Shown: one piece after another, positions 21,901-35,000 of the stretch | Layout of the letters: each line of letters starts with the position of its first letter | Numbering within the stretch: position 1 is the first letter of the stretch | From: Klebsormidium nitens | Taxonomy: Eukaryota; Plantae; Klebsormidiophyceae | DNA length: 64,000 bases | Reading direction: 5' to 3' | Assembly (NCBI GenBank): GCA_000708835.1 | Contig: DF237255.1 | Location: 42,597 to 106,596 of the forward strand | Made by a program: the position numbers and the translations under genes | Notes under the pieces: model-generated | Told to the model about the DNA's origin: nothing | The model's input: the letters and a program-made list of their open reading frames with translations, nothing else | Databases searched by the model: none

Positions 21901-24900
21901 GCTCAATTGAACTGGGGTCCTGACGTTCGTCTGCCTTTTTTGCAGGAGTGGGACAATCCGGAGGGTGAGCATTCTTTCTCGTACTGGTCTCCCTTGCATT
22001 GAACAGAAGCACAGCCAAACAGGCCTGGTTCGGCACAAACTAGATGCTCTTCCATCAGTTGATTGTCTGGTCACATCCGTAACCAGCATTGGCCAGAAGG
22101 GAAACGGTCCTGTGTTGTGATCTAATGTCAGAAGAATTTGTTCCTAACCTGCTGACAGAAAAGAGTCGCAGATCAATAACCTGTCCCTTGGTGATCGCAT
22201 GAATGTCGTCTACACTCATGTAGGCCTCGTTTTTATCGAAGCTCAGCAAAACGTAAGCCTGTCTGAACGCAAGAGCGAGAAATCGTGCAAGAGTTTCTTT
22301 TCTTTGCTTCTGCAAGACATTTGATACTGGCACACATGATATCTTCGATAAGACACGAGTTAATTCGTCGTTCGTCATCATTCATTTGCAGGCGTCTGGT
22401 TGATCAACCAGTACCGCAACCGTACCTCGCCTCTGTTCGACCAGAAGCGCACCCAAAACGACTCCACCAGCATCAAGATGATGAATCGGTACTGCTCACC
22501 CCAGGAGGTCTACAAAGCCATCACTGCGGTCACGGACCCGGTTCTATTCCACGGGTTGCGTGACACAAGCGTGGTAAGTCGAGTCAGATCCCGGTTGTCA
22601 AAGTGCTCAAAAAGCCCAGTTGAGTTTGGGAGTGCTGTTCCAGGAATGGAAACGAGCTGGGTTGGTTTTCGGGTTCATGTCGATGCGAAAAACAAGAAGC
22701 GTGACGGTGGGGCGAAGTAACGGATGTGAAGTCGAACGAAGGAGTTTAAAGACAAAGAAGTCTTGTGGAAATGCGGATAAGGAAATGCAATTCTGGGTTG
22801 ATTGTAGGATGCTCAGTCTGCAACGAATCTTAAACGGAGCGTGCATGCTAGATGCTTCGTCTGCCCCGTTCCATGTGTTGGGGGGTGCAGGCATCCAGTG
22901 ACTTGATTGGCTAGGATTTCTGTAACCCTGTTCTGAACGATCCTCGAACCTGGGCTGGAGGACCATTCTTTTATCCAAAGCCAGGTCGGCAAATAGAAGC
23001 AACGGGAATTTGATAAATCCCAAAGAAACAGGAAACAGCTAAGCATTTCACTGCGAGAAAGCGTTTTCATTCGTACGTGTCCGAACCAGGCACGAACCCC
23101 ATAATTCCATTCCGAAGCGGTCTCGAAAGCCTCGGACCAATTGTTCGGACAAGAGATGTCCAAAAGCGCACTGAAACGGGTCCGAACCAAGTCCAAATCT
23201 ATTCCGAGCCGGGCAGCAAATAGACAACGTCGTTCTATGTTATCGTATACAGTTGCCATAGCTTACACACGGCTTTTTCCACCCTCCTGCAGAGCCAATT
23301 CGGAAACCAGGGAACGTTAGAAGCTCTCCACGGCTGGCCTCACACGGCCGTCGGCGCGCAAGCGGAGCTGCAGCCGGGACTGGACACGTCGCTCTTCCCG
23401 GACACGGGATCGTGCGCCACGTGTCGCTTCCACGACATGGGGTCCTTTTCCACCTCAGGATGGGACCCCGCCTTCTGGTCTCACCATTTCAACATCGTAA
23501 GTTGCTGGTTCGATAGTATAGAAGATCACCCGTTAAACAGGAGAGCTGGTTTGAGGTGACCTTCTTCAAGACCAGCTTGGTTAAGTTTCTAGTTAGCTAT
23601 CTGATGATCAGGTCCAATTCAGACCGTCGAAACCCTCCTCATGTTGCGCGATGCACAAGTCAGTAGCGCCCAGGTTTGGAGTGAGACGCAGGTGTAGCCT
23701 TCCGCGTGCAGCAGCGTCTTACTAATCGTAGGTACTTCGACGCTCTCGTTGGCTTAGCAAACGCAGATTCAGATTGGTTGAATTGCCTCCGGTATACGAC
23801 CACACTGTGCGTCGCATCGCACTTCGCACAGATGCATCCAAAGCGGGTGGAGTTCCTCTCAGATGAAAATGTTCCCGCTAAGAGTCCCAGAGTTATCCTG
23901 ATGTAAAAGGACAACCGGTTCCCCTCCCCGGACAGGAGACGGGACTCTCAAACTAATGTCCACTGCTTCTGGTCACGAGGTTCACATTCTGCTGAGTGCG
24001 AAACTGTACTGAAGTCCTGACCTTGCTTCCATATATCCGGCTCTGTTCTTTCAAGCCCCTGGTAATCCAAAAGAGCCGTCGTTCGAGAGGCTCAAGCAGC
24101 TACGACTCGGACCAAACGGGACACTTTTTCCGTTTCCCGACCCCTTTTTTAACCCCACTCCTGACCCGTTCCCTTAACCCCGCAGGATCGCCTCTGGGAG
24201 GAGTGGCTGAAGCAGCCTAACGCGAACACCACCTCCGGGCACAACGAAAACTTCGCCGACGCGGCGTGGCTGGACTCCGTCTTCACCTTCTACCGGGCAG
24301 ACGGAGTCCTGGAGACGATAACCGTGCGCGATACCCTCAACATAACCAACATGGGTTACGCGTACGCCCCGGCCCGGAACATCTGGAACACGACAAACGC
24401 AGTCGCGAGCGGCGTCGCGGCCGCGGCCGCGGTCACCACCGCAGACCCCCCCGCCCCAGTCCGGAAATTGCTGGCGAACGTTACCGCTAACCTTCCCCCG
24501 GTTAACACCGTCCCCGAGCTGCTCGCGCAGTATCCCAATTTTGCGGTTAACTACGCTAACCTGACCGCGGTCATGCCGGAGCCGGTGAAGGTCGGCCGGA
24601 ACGTGTCCCGCTACCGGATTCTGCGGACCCTGCCCGACCTGCCCGGGACGGAGGAGCTCTTGATGTTCCACGAGATCTCGGCGCGCATGGACGAGCGCGC
24701 GCTGATCGAGGTGTGGGTGAACAAGCCTGACGTCAGCGTGGGGTCGAAGCTGGACTGGCACTACCTCGGGACGCTGACGCAGGTCAGGAATTACGTCACC
24801 CGGGTTGCGGATGCCGAAATTTGAAGTCACGTGGCTTAAAGTCGGGCACACATCTTCGATCGAGCAGTTCACGCCTCTCAAGACGTCGTTCACACTTTAA

Positions 24901-25799
24901 AAACACCGTTAAAGCCTGGTTTGTCTTCGGTTAGATGCCCTTCTATCAGAGACCGGCCTGGTATCTGATTCAACACCCCTAAACCAGGTTTCAACCTAGG
25001 ACGAAAGCCTTCCTGTGACGCGGGCTGTCGCCCGGCCCGTTAAAATACAAAAAACGGGCCGGATTAAATTGTTCCGTTTCGCATGACTCGGGTTCCAGTC
25101 CAGCTCGACCTTCAGGACAACGTTTCGCAAAAGCAATCCCAGATCAAGTTGCTGCAGAACGGCATCTCTCCGAAGTCAGCAAAGGACGGGTATGGATTGA
25201 AAGGCCAGCATATCGTTTCATATTACGTGACGGCCGCAGCTGTCTGGATTTCCATCAGCTATTATATGAGATATTCTCTGTGCAGCCAGCCTTGTCGTTC
25301 TTTCTCTATCGTTGAACCCATCTAGATTCCATGCTTCTGCTTCTTGAACTCTTTCTGCTTCGATGGCTTTTCCTAGTAGGTTGACACTCCCCCGATTATA
25401 AGGCTTCAAACCAACTGCACATCGGCGTTTCCTCGTTTCTTTCGGCTGCTCATGAGAGGGCCCATGACAGAGGGCCCATGACACGTAGTTCTCGGTCTGG
25501 ACATTTCGCTGATTTTGGCGACCTTCCTTATGTCTCTCCAGGTGCCCATGTCGCCCAAACCCAGCAAGCTGCCCACCAATTCTTTCTCCGCAATCAAGAA
25601 CCGGGCCCTCCAGCTGAACCCAATTCTGAAGAATCTGGGCCTCCTCAGCGCGACGGAACTGCTCATTACGCTGGTTCCGGCGGAATACATGGTCGACAGC
25701 GGAAACAACGGATTTCGCATGGCCCCGCAGTATAGCACGGTCACCATCGCCGGGGCCGAGATCTACCGGGGCACACTGAGCTCGTACTTCCAGCGTTGA
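18915..25799 (+). CDS. PPO: Polyphenol oxidase / catechol oxidase (type-3 copper) with N-terminal signal peptide; exons 18915..19292, 20637..20795, 21297..21436, 21946..21964, 22392..22573, 23293..23496, 24186..24782, 25542..25799
   Basis: GNCCPP; RRSW; LRQARVHCHHC...IHNGWHFLPWHR..FYFEQ (CuA); PYWEWDNPEG; LEALHGWPHTAVG...DMGSFSTSGWDPAFWSHHFNIDRLW (CuB); AWLDSVFTFY...VRDTLNITNMGYAY (DWL domain); KFDV-like C-terminal domain. All seven introns are GT-AG and in phase. Confidence 0.93.
20743..20957 (+). repeat. Tandem duplication spanning PPO exon-2 end and donor site (2 copies, period about 118 bp)
   Basis: TGATGAGG[A/G]CCCAAGGCCCAAA[C/T]AGCCC[C/A]AACAGTCTCCTCAGGCAAGC..G[A/G]|GTA[A/G]GG...CTTAACCTTAAC...ATCCCTGATG appears twice. 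Confidence 0.9.
21085..21355 (+). repeat. Near-perfect 120-bp tandem duplication of PPO exon-3 acceptor and first 57 nt, plus a partial third copy
   Basis: TACGAAGTACTTAACCCCCACGCAG|GT[T/C]CATTGCCACCACTGCACTACCGCCAAAACCCAGGGTTACATCCATAACGGCTGG starts at 21177 and at 21297. Confidence 0.95.
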
Positions 25800-26099
25800 G
25801 TGGACGGTCGAAAGACAACCATTTAAGAAAAGCGAGGAAAATCCTCCCCAGATTCTACAGAACCGGCCGGTCTTAAGCGGCGATATTGACTTCCACTTCA
25901 AGGTCCACAGAAAAATATTGACCGCAGCTTTAACAGTCGAGTACGAACATTAGTCTCATCATTGACAGAACAACAGCTCGAGATATTCAGCGTCCATTTT
26001 CTGAGCGGTAGGTTCAAAGGAACGTGTTTTTCAATATAGAAAAGTCGTGTCGGAAACAGGATTAGGAATCTAACAAGACAAGCCAACTTGTTTGTCAAG

Positions 26100-29000
26100 T
26101 GACCTTGCTAAACGAATGAAGACAATTGACGGGTGCTGCACTCCCGCCCAGGTAGTGTGGATCCTGGACTTTCTACGACGCTGTTCTAGATCCTGGAACC
26201 ATCCACTAACTCAGGCATGAGTCTACCTTGAGTGCGCTGCAAATGCGCCGTACGTGCTCATTCTGTATTGCTCGATCACGTGTGAATTTCAAGATGAGAT
26301 AAGTTTAGATGTTCCGAAATTTTGCAGACGCTTATTTCTTGGCGACGACATCATCCGTTTAGCGGCAACGGCCGCCAACGGAAAGTGATGTTCAAGTTCT
26401 AGTAGGAAAACGTGCAAGCTTAAGCTCTCGCGCATGTGCTGATGCATTCGCAGGGTTGTCGTTGGACCGAGTCGTAGTGATGACTAGGTTGGTTGGACGG
26501 AGGGTGTACATCTTCTCCTGCATAAGGGAGAAGCGTACCGAACAATACTCAAAGTTCATTGAGTCTGCATCGACGGATCCATGACTGAGGCCTTCAGGGG
26601 TCACAATATCACCGGTGATCGCATGGCATGACCACTCGGCTCCTCATAGGCCTTGATGCTAAGTCTGATTCCGTGGCTTCCATTGTACGTTAGCAAGTTG
26701 ACATGCGAGAAGGATGTGCGCTGGAGGAATGCAGAGTAATATGCACTTTGGTCTTCCTCTAGCCGGAATAGCGAGCCGTGCGACTGCCCGCTCGGAGCGG
26801 CACTGAGACAAGATGATCGACCGCATGCGGCCGTGTCTTCGTTCTTCACAAGCCAGACTCCAACGTGCCTGAGATATATACACGTCTTTCGAAGTTCAGA
26901 GTCTTATGTTGGACACGTATATGCGCATCAATGAAGGCGTGTTCAAGCGAACAGTGAACAAACTTCTGGGGATCAGAGACGGCTGAAAGTATCATGACTC
27001 CGATTGGGGTTTCGCGTCGTTCTATTTCGACTTCCAGCCTAATACCAAGGTGCGAAGGGCGCAGAATCTGGGCCACCTATAAGGCGGACCAGGTTTTCAG
27101 TAGTCACGGCAGTAATAACCCCGGGCCTCTGCAAGCGCCGGAGTAGAGGAATGTACGTGATTGCTACTTTGCGCGTTCGCCCACACTCCTGATCTCATCT
27201 GACCGATTGGCAGGGAACAATCAAGAAACTCGCCAGGGGGAGAATTAGTCGTGATGGTGGGCCTTCAGCGCCGGTTGGTACTGACGAAGATAGTCTAGCC
27301 CTCTTCAGGTTGTGGCCAGGCTTGAGCTTGTCATTGGCGAGACGCCCTCGGAACAAAAGAAGGTTCTATTTCAGGGGTAGCTCAGCTAACTTATCGTACG
27401 GGATATCCTCGGGCCATCAAAGCACTGCGCGCGCGCGCGACTCGGCAGCTTCGCCACCCCGCGCCCGAATGAGGCGGCAGCGTTCACAGTTTCAACGGCG
27501 AAATTTCTTTTGCCGAGTACCTATCACGCTTGCTAAGGGAACGCGAAATACCGCGCGCGTGCCGAATGGCCGTCAACATGAGGCACGCGGGCCTAGGTCG
27601 CCTAGGCACGTGCCTCATGTTGACCGCCATTCGGCACGCGCGCACTTGCGGCGCACGCGGCCGCGAGTCTCGATCCCTCAGGCCGTGGGCCTAGGTCGCC
27701 GGCGGGCTCCCGAGCGGCGAGGTCGGGAGGCTGAGTTGCCGAGATCCTCAGGGTCCAAGCAGCTGGCCTTGGCGGAGCCGCTCCTTTTGAAGATCCAAGC
27801 CATGGCCGTATCGAACAGGCGTTCGAGTCCGTTTGCAGGCGCCTTCTGTACGCTTCACTACCTTTAGCGAGCTGATGAATGACCCGAGTCGGTCGACCGG
27901 CTACACCTCAACTGTGATTCTCACTGCTCTGTTTGACCGGCCGCCAGTTAAAAGCTTTGACCTGGAAGGTCTGATTGATCCGCGGGGTAAGTGAACGTGT
28001 GCTGTGGGAACGTTTATTGCGTTAGGCGCCTTCTGGTGTCGCCTAAAAGCTCCATATCTGCATCCTGGCTCGCGTCCCAATGGTGAGGCTGCGAGCAGTC
28101 TGGGAGCGCCGAGGTCGACTGGCCACCACTGAGCGGGTCGACACACGAAAACAAGGTCAAGAGAAAAAGTTCGCTCCTTCGTTCCGCAGAGTTTAATCAA
28201 CAGGGCTGTTCCGGCCAAGTTTACAAGCAAAGGCCAACTACTTGAGCATTCGGATCAAATGTACACTGCATGCGAGCTCTAATCCAAGGCGAGACTCTTG
28301 AAAGCCTCTAGAAGGGGAAGAAGTACTGACCACAAAGGCCAGGGTTTCCTTTCGTCATGGGCAGTGGGTTTTAGGAAACTAAAGGATTAACCAATCACGT
28401 GTCTCCACCGCACAGCGCTGGGCTCGAGAAAGGACCGAACCACGTTCGACGTGAACGAGAGGTGCGAAACCCTTTCGCGCTTTCGGGGGAGTGACATCGA
28501 CCAGTGATAAAGTGTACCGTTCGGCTGCGGGAAATGTCAAAGTTGATCCACTTCGAGAAGCAGCTCTTGGAAACCAGCGCGAATCTTTTCAGCGTGACAA
28601 GGCCGTCCGTCCTGCTGCGCCTGAGAGTGGACGCTCGAGCGAGGCGCCCTAGGATCTCATGAGCCAAGGAATCTGCAAATCGCTTAGCACTCTTCTGCTT
28701 TACTTCACCTCGGAGCTTGGCCGCTTAAGCGGTCCTGTGCAGTTCCTTGGCTGCGAGTTGAACGTCACTAGCTTGCAGACAGACTGAACATTTGCTAATA
28801 GAGATCGAAGCGACAGAAAGTTGACGCACCATATGACAGGCATAGTAGAAGCGTGATCCAAGGCACCCAAGGTCCCCAGCGGCCACTTTTATTGAACCCT
28901 TTTGCGCCGGACTGCGAAACTCCTCAAACTTAAACACGACATAAATGGAGCCTTCGGGGCATGAGTGCGCATTTGGAGACATGGTCGCACGGCATGACCA

Positions 29001-32000
29001 GTCTCCGTGCTCCCCACAGGCCTTGGTAGTTTGTCTTATCGCGTCTTGTTTCTTCGACGAAGATGCAAAATCCTCTAAAAAGACGGAACAGAATACTGTT
29101 CGATGCTCTTCCTCTAGGCAGGACGGCGCCGTGCGGTTGATTTGGCCAATCAGAGTTCAAGAAAAAAGAAGGATGACGTGACCCCATGCGGCCGTGTCCA
29201 CTCTCGTCAAAGGCCAGACTCCCACCCTGAACTGGATATCCATCCACATTTCCTTCCCCTTTGCCTTCATGTAGTCGAGTGAAAGCAGGTTCGAGCAAAG
29301 GTGATTAATGAACCCAGATTAAATTTTTGACTAGTCTTTTCAAGTCAATGGGGTTACAATCACTTTGGCTTCGCCTTATGCATGGTGCCATAGGCAAAGA
29401 GGACCCTCCGACTAAAACTTTTGACTAGATACACGGCCGGAACCATAATTAACACGGAGACAAACGTCTTTACTGCCAAACCTAGTGTGTACCTTCAGCC
29501 GACCGTCCACACTGCGTGGGCGCACAGTTGAAGAAGATTTCCCTTTAGTCCCTTTATTCGACCATCTCCGTCAGATTTCGTACAGACTCTGAGTGTTCAA
29601 AGCTCTCGTTCTCATTCGGGCACTGTTCTTTCAGCGCTTGCTGTGCACTTACGTGCTTGGCATCATTCGGTTCCACATCATTGACAGTCACCTCGACGAA
29701 TCTATGCAGGATTTTCTAGGATCCATTGGTCCACGATTGCCCACCGCCAATTCTCCACTATCTTCACCGAGAGGGCTGGAAGAATGGAGATTGGAAGGGT
29801 GCTTGTTGATACTTCGCTCGCTGATACTTCCATAATGAGTGGACAGAATGGCAGGTAGAGAATGTAATGAAGCTCAAAAGTCATAAAATCTGGCCTTCAG
29901 AGCGGCTTGACAGCGTGATAACAGTGCTTGGTCGGATGTGGCCAGGCTTGTGCTCGTCATAGGCGCCACGTTATTGAAGAGGACGTCAGAATGTTACACA
30001 CCGCTTCTTACGGAACTGAGTAGAGTTGAAGAGCCCGCGAATTCAGGCCGAGCTAGCAAACGGCCGGGCATCGTATTCTAGCTCTCATGGGGTGACTTCA
30101 GAGCGACGTCATACCGACTTTCCCGTTGCGACCACGCTTGACAGAAGTCAGTCGACTTTGAAAGCCGTCTTCGTTTGTGCGTTGCTTTTCTGCAGGTGCC
30201 CTGTTCTCCAGTAGCTTTGAGTTTATATATACATCAAAAAGCTAGCGGCATCCAGCGCGTAATCATTGGGCCATACTGAAGTAAATGCATTGCGCCGCTG
30301 CTCGGCTGCGCAGCGCTGTCATATTCCCATTGATATTGACAAGCTTTCCGTGGGCGCGTGCGCTTGCTTATTCGACGGAGACGTATGCACACGTGCGACA
30401 TTTTGACCGGGCCTTCGTACTCGCGCACACGGAGGCACGTTCCGCTTCCTTCTAACGGACCCACTCTCGAAATATTGCCCGGCCGCCCAGCGGCGAGTCG
30501 GATTCTTGCCGACGTTCGCGGAGGTCATGAGGCCAATTGCTTTGCAGGCGAGCTTGAGGTCGATATACCGGCTACGTTCTCGCGTCCGAAGTGCTAGAAC
30601 CGGCCGCCAGTAGTAGCGTTTCAAACCAAGTGCGCTCTTCTCAATAAAAGCGAAGGGTAACTTACCGAGGCGGAGGCCGTATGGTGCGGCCTGAGACCCT
30701 TCTTGCAAGTTGACACCAACTGACGATTTTGAGCGCTGAGAGTGCCGATGATTCATCACACCAGTGAAGGGGGTCGAAACGCGGAATTAGATACGCCCAG
30801 GTCTTGCAGCTCCTATATTGATCCGCCAAACCCGCCAGCACGTTGCTGTTTCGGCGAAGTTAAAAAGCAAAGGACAACTGATCTGACCGCTTACTTCGAT
30901 AATAAATTGTCTACGTCAAGGCGAGATCCTTGGAGACCTTCGGCAAGAACGAAGTCCTTTTGACCGCAGAGGCCAGCTTCGTCTCGTCATGGGCGGCGGG
31001 CTTTGAGTAAACCTACGAGCTCAAACCATACATTCAGATGATGATTAAGGAGCCACTTTCTTCCATCTCTTCTAACCCTTAACCTCAACACGGGCCTTCA
31101 GATGCATCGATATTGTACCTGAAGTCTTGAACCTCATTGTTTGCGCCTATCACAGACCCTTTTGCTTTAGAAAAACGAAGAAAAGCCTTGTTCATGGAAC
31201 GGCTGAAATGGTTGAATGACTTCGTGATTGATTCGGGCAAAACCTGCGCCAAGTTGTTTTGTGACAAGCTCAAAAAGCCCACTACGGAGTGGGAAACGCT
31301 CTCAACAATCATGTTGGAGAGCAATAAAGCTCCGGGAGCCCGTCCGCTCAGCACCTTCAGCTCTCTCAGTACAGCGCACGTATCCGTTGCAAATACCAAG
31401 TCGAAGCAGCAGGGCTCAAAACTTACTCTTCGTTCATATATGACTTCTTGGCCGAGATTGGTTACGTATCACAGCCCTGGCAAAGCGCCATCATGAAGAA
31501 ACTTGTGGACTGCACATCATTCATGGTAACGCTCATTCTGAAAAGCAAGCGGGCAACTGCAGAACCGTTATCCTCGAGCTGTGACCGTCCCGTTTGATCC
31601 ACACGAGTTTTCCAACACCCGATGCCGCGGCTGGCCAAGTTCAAACGTTGGAATACAACGATACATGAACCAATTTGAAGGACCCGTATGTATTATAGAC
31701 CCACATCAGCAACTGATGGGAGCACTTTCCAAATACGGCCACGCCCGATCACTGCTCTGCGAAAGAGAAAAAAGGGAGACTTCCAGGACTAAGATACACG
31801 CTTTCTCCTCTAGTAAGCGGTGCTTCGAGTTTGACTGACTCGAAGGCCTTCAGACTTTCAAGTTCCTCGTGACCCACTTCGGCCAAGATGGTGCTCCTCA
31901 AAGGCCTCTGGAGGATTTTTACAGGGACTACACGAAACGGCACGTTGAGATCGACTCCCGTCTTCGACTAATATGCTGTTCTTGCACAAAAGCCTTGGAA

Positions 32001-35000
32001 AGTGGACGCCGCCCAAACCCACAACTTTTGAACGCCAACTTATGTGCGGATCCGACATCGGATAATGCAGATGCACCCAAGCGTTCGCTAGGTTGTACTT
32101 CAACGAGAGTTCTCAACAGAGCGCACGTCCAATATCGGGGAATCGGGCGCTCAGAACTTCCCTTACACTTGGAAGCGATGCAAAGGTAGACTTGCTCGGC
32201 CGCCCGCAGCAGATTTTCGGCCGATAAAATTTCCTGCTTAACAAGCTTACTTACTCAAATCTACCTCAAAAACCTCAGTTCCATTCTGCCACCACGAGCC
32301 CACGTCCCGCATGACCACTTGAAGGGTACTGCTCATTCCCAAAGCCAAACGTGAGCTGTAACCTGTATCTACCGACCTTCCAAGTTAGCGCAAGCGGATG
32401 GTACGAATTTGTCATCGCTCTGCGTTCAACAAGCAGATGTCGAACGTGTACGATCAGCCATTGGTTTCAACAGCATGGTTAGAACTTTTCCTCTCAACCC
32501 GGATGCATCGCCCGTGTGATAGGCTGCCCGTGCTTCTAAAGAAATACCAAGAGAGACTCTACCGTCGGTAATGCAACCGTAAAACCTTTGGAAGATCTCA
32601 TTAGAATCTTGCAAGGTCAATGTTTCCTGGCTGTTGCTCTGGCCGTCAGAGCCGATCGAGCTGAAAATTCCCCTGGCCAGGAAATGGCCGCCCGTCCTTG
32701 CGCTCATCAAGGGCCCACCTAAACATGTCCTTACAGTCACTTCACACGGCTTAATGGAGGATATGCTTTAAGACCTTTGATATTTTTTATCTTACGATAT
32801 TTGGTCAACGGTAACAAGGTTGCGGCAAACATGCTGCACCCACCCACTGACGGTCTATTAAATTGCAACTGGCCTCGTTCGATTGGACTCTGTGTCTTCC
32901 AACACGACCCGGCCCTGGGGTGCCCGTTGAATCTTGAAACTTTGTCATTGAAGTGAAGTGTCTCTTTTCATCTCTAATCCTCGCGCAAGATGAACGGCGA
33001 CCGCAACGACTAGCTAGATCCTCACCATGGGAGCTCGCAAGCATTTGACTTTTCACGAGGAGAGCAAGGCTTTCATCAGGACGTCGATTAGTCATTTCTG
33101 ACCAAATCCGAGGAGGTTGGCCAGACGTCAGCAGCATTGCTTTGCATCACAACCTCGGTACTCCGACGGCAAGCTTGCAAAAAGAGCAAGAAAATAAATC
33201 CAATAATCGGTCCCAAATCGTGGTATGGCGCGATAGAAAACTATTCAGCCTACGATTGCAACCATCATTAAGGTGTGTACCAAATGCTCGGATGGAAGAC
33301 AAACCATCGACCCTCATTGCCAATCTTCAAAAGAGGCGGCATCAGACATGAGGGCGGCATCAGCTGCGAGGTCGCTTCCAGTACGTGCTCAGCACGTTGC
33401 AGTCTCTATCTTGAATTTGTGCCACTGGGCTGAACAGAGGACGTCAAAGAGTCATTTTCTAAGCTCGCCAACTCTACGGAAGTAATACGCGCCCCGAATT
33501 GGGTAACACATCAAGCAACCGGCAGCGGCGGACGTCTATGATACAGAGCTCAACAAAATTTGACAAACCTTAACCGCCAGAAGATTCTGATCTGAGCAGC
33601 GCGTGCGGTCAGCTGCTCCGACCAGGCTGCCGGCTATTCGGCCGTTTGGCGCGGCCGGGCGGCGCACAGATGAGTCAAATGGTCCATCATCCGCACGCGC
33701 GCATAAAACTCAAGAAAGACGTCGAATAACGAGAAGAAACCCTAAGTGGAAATGTTACCTGCTCGGCGCCCCTACCAACCCTAATCCCAGACCGACCGGC
33801 CTACCTTGTAATGTGTGAGCGTTGTGCAACCAACCCAGTAACTTATTGCACAGACAGTCAATAGTACATCGAGAAAAGCTTTGTGCTGTATTCTGGTTAT
33901 CACGTGTCTAAGAAGGGCAAAGCAGAACGAAGTAGCAACGATTCGACACAGATCCAGAAGGAAAAATGTATAAGAATAAAAGCACTGCGACCGCTCTCCT
34001 CTCTGCCAAGGACTGAGTCAGCCTTTGCCCGTCGATTCAAGGCGCGCGAGTGCGCGCTCTTCGAAGCAGTTCCTTCAGCCGTTGGTTGTGGGTGCGCCAC
34101 AGGCAGACCTGAAAGATCCGCGCGAATGGGACGAACCGTAGCCATATTGGACCATACAGCACATCATTGACACTCGGTAGATTTTTTTGTACTTTATTGG
34201 ACCGTCTGAAATGGCAACCCCCTCATTGGGAGGTTGCTCAGTCGGGCAGCGTCCTCGTACCGCCACCGAACTTTTATGTTCTTTCAGCCCATCAGTGCTT
34301 TCGGATGAAAAAGAACTAAGTAAGTGCACTTTCTAACTACAGCAGATTGCCTGCAAGGCCTTCGTCTGGGACGACTCTGTTCCACTGGCAGTTGTGACTG
34401 CACATGGCCAGTTCTGCGAGCATTATAAAAGGAAGTCAGCGGCACCCTTATAGTCAAGGAAAGGAAAGCGGAACCTTGAACAAGATAAAAGCAAAAAAGC
34501 AAGTAGGAGCGGCTGGGGCATCGAACCAAATCATCTGCATTACGACCACGAGATGTCCAAAAATTTTGACACGGCGACAAAGCAGCGGCCATTTCTTTGG
34601 GCTTTTGTTTGATCATAGTCACATATACTAGTACGTCACATTTCAGGTTTAGCTGGCGAAAATCATGGGCTCCCTACTTTCTTCTCAGGCGGCTGAGTAT
34701 GCAAAGTTCGATGATGTCCTCAAGATACGGCCCGATCCGGTGCGCCGCAGCCAATTCCAGGCCTACCGGAGAGCGCGCTCAAATCACTAAAAGAAGGTGC
34801 CTCTGGAAGACAATTACCGTGCCCAGTTTTTATGCACGGGAAACTGAAGTCCCCCCTAAAGTCCCCATGCCGTTGAAAACCGGAAGAATCATCGAAAAGA
34901 GCGTTTAGAATGCGTAGAATTCGGGAAAATCGTCAAAATTCAGCCGTTATAAGAATGCCCACCAGCGATATCACCAAGTTCCCGTGACAGCACGAAAGCG

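Noticed and set aside
24174-24893. 239-aa minus-strand ORF
   Set aside because: It is the antisense shadow of PPO exon 7. The same applies to 18819..19514 and 25218..25901.
6230-25000. Recurrent CCTGGTT/GGTTAACC-type words in lectin and PPO introns as a specific element
   Set aside because: They are short and irregularly spaced, and I cannot show enrichment without genome-wide counts. They do not form telomere-like tandem arrays.
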